Source: Gemmatimonadota bacterium (GTDB lineage Bacteria; Gemmatimonadota; Gemmatimonadetes; Gemmatimonadales; GWC2-71-9). From it: a stretch of 64,000 bases of DNA. This document shows positions 57,594 to 64,000 of this stretch, piece by piece; positions within the stretch are counted from its first letter, which is position 1, and each line of letters begins with the position of its first letter. The translations under genes and the position numbers were made by a program. The stretch lies in contig JANLPG010000078.1 of the NCBI GenBank assembly GCA_031367105.1, forward strand, positions 10,954 to 74,953, written 5' to 3'. Below the pieces are notes generated by a model that did not search any database, was not told where the DNA came from, and saw nothing but the letters and a program-made list of their open reading frames with translations.

Positions 57594-58072
57594 GCTATCG
57601 ACTGGAGCAGATCCAGGTCGTCGGGGGGACTCTCGAGGACGTCTTTGCCTTCTTCAAGACGCCGAACAACCTCGAGCTGCTCACCCCGGCCTTCCTCGGC
57701 TTCACTGTGCTCCGTGCGAGCGATCACGAAGTCCGACTGGGAACGACCATCGACTACCGCCTGACGCTCCACGGACTTCCGCTTCGTTGGTCATCCCGCA
57801 TCAGTGAATTTGTCGAGGGGGAAATGTTCGTCGATGAGATGACATCGGGCCCCTACCGACGCTGGTACCATCGTCACCTCTTTCGCGAGGTTCCTGGCGG
57901 CGTCGAGATCGGGGACATCGTCGAGTACGAACTGCCACTGGGCCCGGTAGGGCGACTTGCGCGCCTGCTCTTCGTGCGGCGTCAGCTCGAGGTCATTTTT
58001 TCCTTCCGGCGCGCAGCCATTGCCGCGCGCTTCCCTTCGGCCTCACAACTGACCTCCCCGGCGGTACCATGA
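57590..58072 (+). CDS. SRPBCC (START/cyclase-dehydrase fold) family protein
   Basis: The ATG overlaps the upstream stop. Matching blocks: FAFFKTPNNLELLTP...LRWSSRISEF...FVDEMTSGPYRRWYHRH. Confidence 0.7.
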   Translation: MSYRLEQIQVVGGTLEDVFAFFKTPNNLELLTPAFLGFTVLRASDHEVRLGTTIDYRLTLHGLPLRWSSRISEFVEGEMFVDEMTSGPYRRWYHRHLFREVPGGVEIGDIVEYELPLGPVGRLARLLFVRRQLEVIFSFRRAAIAARFPSASQLTSPAVP

Positions 58073-58485
58073 CGTTGTCGCTCTTCCTGCGCGCCTACGC
58101 TGCGGCCCTCGTGACCTGCTTCGCGCTCGATCTGGTCTGGCTGGGACTGGTGGCCCGGACGTTTTATCAGCAACAACTCGGAACACTGATGCGTCCCGAC
58201 GTTCGCTGGGCGCCGGCGATCCTCTTCTACCTCATCTACGTCGGGGCGGTGGTCGCGCTTGTGGTGGTGCCGGCGGTGGAACGACAGTCGTTGAGCCGCG
58301 CATTGCTGATGGGCGGATTGCTGGGGCTGGCGGCCTATGCGGCGTACGACCTGACCTCGCTCGCGTTGATTCGCGACTATCCCACCAAGGTTGCGCTTGT
58401 CGACCTCGCTTGGGGAACCACGCTGACGGCAACGGTAGCGGCGGTGAGTTACTTGGTGACGCGAGGGATGCTGTCAGCGCACTAG
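58069..58485 (+). CDS. DUF2177 family membrane protein
   Basis: The ATG overlaps the upstream stop. Four TM segments. N-terminus LDLVWLGLVARTFYQQQLG is typical of DUF2177. Confidence 0.7.
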   Translation: MTLSLFLRAYAAALVTCFALDLVWLGLVARTFYQQQLGTLMRPDVRWAPAILFYLIYVGAVVALVVVPAVERQSLSRALLMGGLLGLAAYAAYDLTSLALIRDYPTKVALVDLAWGTTLTATVAAVSYLVTRGMLSAH

Positions 58486-58693
58486 GTGACACGAAATCCG
58501 GGGGCGGAGTCCCCGGAGCACTGCCCGAGACTCGAGAGCGCCCGTCGCCGCGTCCTCGGAAGGGGGCCAGCGTGAGTTTCCGTCGCTGGGTGCTTGGCGC
58601 TGCCCGCGCCGTCCCTCCCGAACGGCTCGAGAGGCCCCATACGCGACCGCTAGCAACACCCCCGAGAGGCGGGTCACGGTCTGGGCTGTACGG

Positions 58694-61465
58694 GTGGTGC
58701 GCCGCGCCGAGCCGCTCCATATTCCTCCGCTGGCGATCGCACGCCCTACCCGCCGCGGTCAGCGTCCCTCACGTACCTCGCAGCCGGAGCGTTCCCCACT
58801 GCCGACCACCTGTGCCAAATGCGGTACACCCACCCCACCAGACGCGATCTTCTGCAGTCGGTGTGGTCTGAACTTCACGTTAGAGCAGGCGGCCGGACGG
58901 TCGAGTGTCGTGGCGGCAGACCACGATGCCATCCAGACCCTCAACTCGGCCCTTGCCGGCCGCTATCTCGTCGCGCGGGAGCTTGGACGGGGGGGGATGG
59001 CGACGGTGTACCTGGCGGAAGACCTCAAGCACGGGCGCGAGGTCGCCATCAAGGTTCTGCTCCCCGAACTGGCTGCCTCGATCGGCGCCGAGCGGTTCGA
59101 GCGAGAGATCCGGCTGGCCGCGAAGCTCCAGCATCCGCATATCCTTGGCCTCTATGACTCCGGGGTCGCGCACTCCCTGATGTATTACGTCATGCCGTTT
59201 GTGAAGGGGGAGTCGCTCCGCGATCGACTGGACCGCGAGGGTCAGTTGCCCGTCGAAGACGCGATCCGGATCACGCTGGAGGTCGCTGACGCGCTCGGCT
59301 TCGCGCACGCGCAAGGGGTCGTCCACCGTGACATCAAACCCGAGAACATCCTGCTCTCCGGCGGACACGCGCTGGTCGCAGACTTCGGCATCGCCCGCGC
59401 CGTCAGCGAGGCAGGCGGGTCGAAATTGACCCAGACGGGGATGGCCATCGGCACACCGGTGTACATGGCGCCCGAACAGGCAGCAGGGGAAGTGGTCGGA
59501 CCAAGTGCCGACCTCTACAGTCTCGGATGCATGACCTATGAAATGCTCGCTGGCGAACCTCCCTTCACGGGGAAGAACGCCATGGCCATTATGGCGCGAC
59601 ACGCCCTGGAACAGGTACCGAGCATCCGGATCGTGCGGAGCGCCGTCCCCGAGGAGATCGAGGAGGCAATTTTCGCCGTGATGGGGAAGGTGCCAGCCGA
59701 TCGGCCTCAAACGGCGGCCGCCTACACGGAAATGATGGGGATGCCGTTTGGTGCAACGGCAACATTGCGCGCGCGCTCGACTGGCAGCACTCGACGGGCG
59801 ACGTCGGCGTTCGGCGTCGTGAGCGCCGAAAGTCGCCCCTTCTGGCGTCGACCAGCCGTGGTGGGACTTGCCGTGCTGCTTGCCGCGGCGGGATTGTTCG
59901 GAGCCTGGCGCCTGACCGGCGTGAGGAGCGTGGGCAAGGCAGGACCCGAGGCGCGTCGGCTCGCCGTGCTGTACTTCCAGGATCTGAGTCGGGACTCGTC
60001 CCTCCGCCCGCTCGCCGACGGGCTGACGGAGGAACTCATCCGCACACTTTCGACTGCCTCAAGCCTGACGATCATCTCCCGGACAGGCGTCGAGCGCTTC
60101 CGAGGGAGCACAACGCCAGCGGACAGCATCTCTCGCCTCCTGCGTGCCGGGTATCTCGTTCGCGGGGATGTTGAAAAGGACGGCGGGCTGATCCGTGTCA
60201 CCGTGCGGCTCGATGACGGCAGCGGAGTGAACCTCCGCCGGGCCAGCTTCACCGGGGCAGCCGGTAATCAACTGGCGCTCCGCGATACCATCGCGGTGGT
60301 CGCCTCAGACCTCATTCGACAGCAACTGGGACAGGAGTTGCAGCTCAAGGAGCAACGGTTCCGCACGGAGAGCACAGAGGCCTGGCTGCTCCTGCAACGT
60401 GGCGAGCAATCGTGGAAGAGCGCCGAGGCGGCGCTTGCGCTGGGGGACAGCCCGGGCATCGAGGCGCATTTCTCGAGCGCAGATTCATTGTTCGCCCTCG
60501 CCGAACAAGCCGACCCGCTCTGGCCGGAGCCCGCCACGCGACGCGCCGTGTTGGCATATCGTGGGGCTCGGCTTGCCGGGCGTGACGCCGGGGTGATCGC
60601 CAAATGGATCGAGGTCGGGATCGCCCACGCGGAACGCGCCCTGGCGCTGGACAAGGACAATTCTGATGCGCTCGAGGCGCGCGGCAGTTTGCGCTACTTC
60701 GGATGGTTGTCGGGAATCGAGAGCGATCCCGCGCTGAAGGAAGCTTCCCTGGCGAGTGCGCGGAGCGATCTCGAACAGGCCACGACGTTGAATCGCAGCC
60801 AGGCTGGTGCATACGCGATGCTCTCCCACCTCTATTACCAGGTGGCCGATGCCACGACATCGGACGTGCTCATCGCGGCGCAACGTGCGTATGAAACCGA
60901 CGAGTTTCTAGCGAACGCCAATGTGATCCTCTCGCGGATGTTCAACGCGAACTATGATCTCGGCCAGTTCGACAAGGCGGCGCAGTGGTGCGCCGAGGCG
61001 CGACGACGCTTTCCGAAGGATGTCCGTGCAATGCGCTGCCGCCTGTACCTGTTGACCACACGCGGTGAAAAACCAAATGTCACGGCGGCATGGGCGATTG
61101 CCGACTCCGCGGTCAGGCTGGTGCCGCCTTCGGCACAGCCGCTTGAGCGATTGACGGAGAACATGCTGGTGGCCGTGGTGTTGGCCAGGGCGTCCAAGGA
61201 GGGCCAGCGAGCGCTGGCCGACAGTGCCCGCAGCGTGGCGCGGCATTCCATCGGCGATCCGACGATCGATCAGTTACGCGAACTCGCCTTCTTCGGCTCG
61301 TTTGTGTATGCCCAACTCGGCGATACCGACGAGGCAATCAAACTCTTGAAGGAGTACCTCGCCGCGAACCCGCAACGGGTGCAATCGATGCGCAACGACC
61401 CCGGCTGGTGGTTCAAGGACATCCAGGGGGACCCCAGGTTCCGCCGGTTGCTCGCGCTCAACTAG
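58694..61465 (+). CDS. Ser/Thr protein kinase with N-terminal zinc ribbon, one TM and a large TPR-like extracytoplasmic tail
   Basis: CAKCG...CSRCG zinc ribbon. Kinase motifs GRGGMATVYLA, VAIKVL, HRDIKPENILL, DFGIA, GTPVYMAPE. TM segment VVGLAVLLAAAGLFGAW. Start (GTG at 58694) is uncertain. Confidence 0.85.
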   Translation: MVRRAEPLHIPPLAIARPTRRGQRPSRTSQPERSPLPTTCAKCGTPTPPDAIFCSRCGLNFTLEQAAGRSSVVAADHDAIQTLNSALAGRYLVARELGRGGMATVYLAEDLKHGREVAIKVLLPELAASIGAERFEREIRLAAKLQHPHILGLYDSGVAHSLMYYVMPFVKGESLRDRLDREGQLPVEDAIRITLEVADALGFAHAQGVVHRDIKPENILLSGGHALVADFGIARAVSEAGGSKLTQTGMAIGTPVYMAPEQAAGEVVGPSADLYSLGCMTYEMLAGEPPFTGKNAMAIMARHALEQVPSIRIVRSAVPEEIEEAIFAVMGKVPADRPQTAAAYTEMMGMPFGATATLRARSTGSTRRATSAFGVVSAESRPFWRRPAVVGLAVLLAAAGLFGAWRLTGVRSVGKAGPEARRLAVLYFQDLSRDSSLRPLADGLTEELIRTLSTASSLTIISRTGVERFRGSTTPADSISRLLRAGYLVRGDVEKDGGLIRVTVRLDDGSGVNLRRASFTGAAGNQLALRDTIAVVASDLIRQQLGQELQLKEQRFRTESTEAWLLLQRGEQSWKSAEAALALGDSPGIEAHFSSADSLFALAEQADPLWPEPATRRAVLAYRGARLAGRDAGVIAKWIEVGIAHAERALALDKDNSDALEARGSLRYFGWLSGIESDPALKEASLASARSDLEQATTLNRSQAGAYAMLSHLYYQVADATTSDVLIAAQRAYETDEFLANANVILSRMFNANYDLGQFDKAAQWCAEARRRFPKDVRAMRCRLYLLTTRGEKPNVTAAWAIADSAVRLVPPSAQPLERLTENMLVAVVLARASKEGQRALADSARSVARHSIGDPTIDQLRELAFFGSFVYAQLGDTDEAIKLLKEYLAANPQRVQSMRNDPGWWFKDIQGDPRFRRLLALN

Positions 61466-61610
61466 CCCGGAAGGCCGGGAATCACGGCTCTCCCTCCGCT
61501 TCGCCTCTTGCGCACTCGCCCGTCAGCGAACACCTTGTCGGGTTGGTGATCGAACCCCTCCTCCGCCCCGCAGTCGAGATACTGGCACCCCTTCCGTCCG
61601 TTGAGGCCTT

Positions 61611-63536
61611 TTGATGAATGCACCCCGGTGGTCCCGTCCTTCCGGCCTGCTCTGGCTTGCCCTGCTCGCCGCCTGCGGCGAGGGCTCGCGATCGGCGACC
61701 CTCCCTGCGGGTCCCGACGTCGCGGGAGCCACCAGACCCGGCGCGGCACTTATCGCACCGGTCCCGGGAAGCTGTGCCACGATCACTCAGCTCCAGGGAC
61801 TCGCGACCACGGCCTACGGCGGTGCAACAACCGACCTCGGCACAGTCCTGACGAAGCTCAATGAGCTCGACCACTCGGTGTTCAATCACCACTACGCCAC
61901 TGCGAAGACGCAAGCTTTTAGCATCGTCGATTTCACCCTGACGAAGTACGCGTCGGGCACCCTGGGGGGAACGACCGCAGATGTTGTGGCGTTCGTGAAC
62001 ACGGTATTCTGCTATGCCGGCCTGGCGATCTCGATTACTGACCCAGCAAATTCGTTCCTGATCTTCCCTGGCGATGCAGCCCAGATACTGGTCGCCAGCT
62101 CTGGCCTGGCTGGGGTCTCGCTTCCCGGGAACCCCGTGAGTGAAGCGACCCTGATCACCGTGGCACCTATCCCCTTCCTACCAGGTGCTCCCGGGGCCGG
62201 ACCGTTGTCGACGAAGCTCGATCAGTATCCTGGCTTCTTCCAGTTCAGTAAATCTTCCGAGACCGACGCACCGTTTACTCAGCCCGTTGTCGTAGGGGTC
62301 TGCCCCGCCGCCTCGGTGCCGGCGGCGGTGCGGGGCCGCCTGCGCCTCGGTCACGACGCGAGCTACGGCTTCGAGTTGGCGGCATCGGCCGATGCCGGCT
62401 TTCTCGACTGCGCCGCAGTCGTCGCTCGCCTCGATGCGCCCAGCGGACTCTTCGCGCGTGCCGCAGGGCAACTGGCCGCGCTGGTGCTGCCCCGAGTTGC
62501 CGCTGCGGCAACTTCGAGACTTGGATCGGGCGGCGTGGGTGGTACCGTGACCGAGCTGAGTCCGTTCGCCCCAGTCGATGAGATGGTCGCGCTCTCCGGT
62601 GGCGTCGGCGGAACGGTGACGGAGCTCATTCGCCTCGAGCCGAGCCTGCTGGCAGGGTGTCCGGTTGCCGAGGCACCAGCCGGCGCACCGCTCGACCCGG
62701 ACTGCCGGCCGAACGTCAGACTACGGACGGCGTTAGGGACTCCGCTGCAAGGTGCACCGATCACCTTCGCGATTCAGACCGGAGGCGGGGCCGCAGCGGT
62801 ACAGAACGCGACTGGCGGTTGTACTTTGCCGTTCGGCACCGAGGTCACGACGACCACCTCCCTGACCGGCCGCGCCATCGCCTGCTGGACGTTGGGTGCC
62901 ATCCCCGGCAGTAATTCCCTTCTCGCGACGCCAGGAGTCGGCGGAGACGTCCCTGCAGGGGTGTCGTTCAGTCCGACCTCAGTACGCTATACCGCGACCG
63001 GTACGGCGGTCGAACTGGTTTCGTTCAATAGCTGTACCCCAGGTGGTTCTGGCGATGTGTTCAACGATCCGGCCAAGCCCCGTGCCTTCTGGATCCCCGA
63101 CCCGGGGCAAGGCAAGACCATCAGGCAGGTCCAGCTCTACGTCTCGTCAGCCGGCAAGGCGAATGCTCCCGCGACCTATCGGCTGCGCCTGAGCATTCAA
63201 CGAGGGTCGTTCGACCCGAGCGTGGCGCCGGCCTCCTTCACCTATGCCGAAGTCGTCCTCCGAGGGAACAACAGCGAGACCAGCCCGGTGACGTTCGTGC
63301 TGAGTACGCCGGTTGTCGGAGCGGGTGGAACGAGTGCGTCGCCGGTGATGCTGCGACTTGATGCGCTGAACAACCCGGATGGCGCCAGGCTGAGCTTCAA
63401 TACCGGAACGTGCTCGCCGGGGAAGTCGTGCCGGCCACCGTCGACGTGCAACGTCACCGAAGTGAGTAGCCCGCTGCCGTATCCGGCGGGCACCAACTAT
63501 CGAAAGAGTGTCGCGATCAACGTGCTCGGCAACTAG
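61611..63536 (+). CDS. large orphan lipoprotein (641 aa), no recognisable domain
   Basis: MMNAPRWSRPSGLLWLALLAAC lipobox. Internal duplicated decapeptide GGVGGTVTEL (62529-62558 and 62598-62627). Thr/Gly/Ala-rich, beta-rich appearance. Confidence 0.7.
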   Translation: MMNAPRWSRPSGLLWLALLAACGEGSRSATLPAGPDVAGATRPGAALIAPVPGSCATITQLQGLATTAYGGATTDLGTVLTKLNELDHSVFNHHYATAKTQAFSIVDFTLTKYASGTLGGTTADVVAFVNTVFCYAGLAISITDPANSFLIFPGDAAQILVASSGLAGVSLPGNPVSEATLITVAPIPFLPGAPGAGPLSTKLDQYPGFFQFSKSSETDAPFTQPVVVGVCPAASVPAAVRGRLRLGHDASYGFELAASADAGFLDCAAVVARLDAPSGLFARAAGQLAALVLPRVAAAATSRLGSGGVGGTVTELSPFAPVDEMVALSGGVGGTVTELIRLEPSLLAGCPVAEAPAGAPLDPDCRPNVRLRTALGTPLQGAPITFAIQTGGGAAAVQNATGGCTLPFGTEVTTTTSLTGRAIACWTLGAIPGSNSLLATPGVGGDVPAGVSFSPTSVRYTATGTAVELVSFNSCTPGGSGDVFNDPAKPRAFWIPDPGQGKTIRQVQLYVSSAGKANAPATYRLRLSIQRGSFDPSVAPASFTYAEVVLRGNNSETSPVTFVLSTPVVGAGGTSASPVMLRLDALNNPDGARLSFNTGTCSPGKSCRPPSTCNVTEVSSPLPYPAGTNYRKSVAINVLGN

Positions 63537-63548
63537 GGCTGCGCTAGT

Positions 63549-63597
63549 CACGCAACAGCAGGGCCGGGCAGCGATTGCCCGGCCCTGCTGTTGCGTG
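63549..63597 (+). terminator. 22-bp perfect hairpin after the orphan lipoprotein gene (terminator-like, no U-tract)
   Basis: CACGCAACAGCAGGGCCGGGCA (63549-63570), loop GCGAT, TGCCCGGCCCTGCTGTTGCGTG (63576-63597). Confidence 0.6.
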
Positions 63598-63822
63598 GTG
63601 GCCGAGCTCACCGTCAGGATGGGGTCCCTGCGACTGTAGCTCTAAAGGACGAGGTCCGCGGATCTCTACCCTCCGGACTAATACCTACTTCCTCACGATC
63701 TCTTCACAATCTCTTCATCTACGGGGTGGCATTCTCCTACCGTGAATCACCAGTCGCACGATCAGGACTGGTACTGTGCCGGCAGGCCTTGCAACACGGC
63801 GATTGGGTTCCTGGAGGAACCG

Positions 63823-64000
63823 ATGTCCATAAATGGTTTGCGTCCCGCCCGAGTTCTCGCCCTGCTGCTCCTCGTAGCGGGCTGCGGTTCCACCGACATC
63901 GTCTATCGCGATCGTGCCCCCTTCAACCCGGCACCGGATGTCGCAAGCGGACTGCTTGGCTACTACACGGTGAGCAGCAAGCAGACGACGTGCGGCAACT
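63823..64000 (+). CDS. lipoprotein, 5' fragment (continues past window end); possible c-type cytochrome
   Basis: Not in the ORF track (open-ended). GGAGGA lies 5 nt before the ATG at 63823. Translation: MSINGLRPARVLALLLLVAGCGS...SSKQTTCGN. It ends in what could be the start of a CxxCH motif. Confidence 0.55.
   Translation, partial: MSINGLRPARVLALLLLVAGCGSTDIVYRDRAPFNPAPDVASGLLGYYTVSSKQTTCGN

Overview
This window is GC-rich (by eye about two-thirds G+C, not computed) and almost gap-free bacterial chromosomal DNA. I can support about 60 protein genes, one tRNA-Ala(UGC), two intrinsic terminators plus a 22-bp terminator-like hairpin, and a two-copy heptamer-repeat palindromic element. I see no rRNA, CRISPR array, transposase, integrase or phage genes. 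The gene content suggests a Gram-negative environmental lineage such as Gemmatimonadota: a complete Alternative Complex III operon, a TonB-ExbB-ExbD-ExbD-TonB cluster, many lipoprotein or secreted peptidases (S41, M28, M16, M6), and a zinc-ribbon Ser/Thr kinase with a TPR-like tail. That assignment is inference from gene content only.

Modules in order:
- 1-6387: cell-wall amino-sugar recycling cluster (NamZ, NagZ, AmiE-like serine hydrolase, SSF symporter, BadF-type sugar kinase) with an embedded erpA.
- 6491-9533: S41 protease and APC permease.
- 9541-18061: long minus-strand run of sod, peroxiredoxin, SnoaL-like lipoprotein, PAS kinase, OmpR regulator, HAMP kinase, TonB, ExbB, ExbD, ExbD, TonB.
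- 18196-30944: DUF167, parvulin PPIase, tRNA-Ala, M28, OM beta-barrel, metallophosphoesterase, M16, HemY, small lipoprotein, M6 protease.
- 31018-35163: four translationally coupled genes (Spt-like alpha-oxoamine synthase, GNAT-like acyltransferase, extended SDR, PAP2/IPC-synthase-like membrane protein).
- 35269-38218: cupredoxin, Cys-rich protein, ECF sigma and ZAS anti-sigma.
- 38348-45695: actFEDCBA.
- 45779-58485: housekeeping genes (trmH-family, HIBADH-like, dinB, queF, tetR plus acyl-CoA dehydrogenase, degenerate ADP-ribosylglycohydrolase-like, gltA, speA, and a TIGR01777/SRPBCC/DUF2177 trio).
- 58694-64000: Ser/Thr kinase, an orphan 641-aa lipoprotein, and the start of another lipoprotein.

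The best candidate for something undescribed is the 31018-35163 operon. I read it as a self-contained bacterial ceramide/phospho-sphingolipid-type lipid pathway (inference; homology searches and lipidomics needed). Second is the (GGATGRT)n palindromic element that sits exactly between two convergent gene pairs.

CDS starts were refined from the ORF track by residue arithmetic. Many long ORFs in the track are antisense or out-of-frame shadows typical of high-GC DNA and were rejected.
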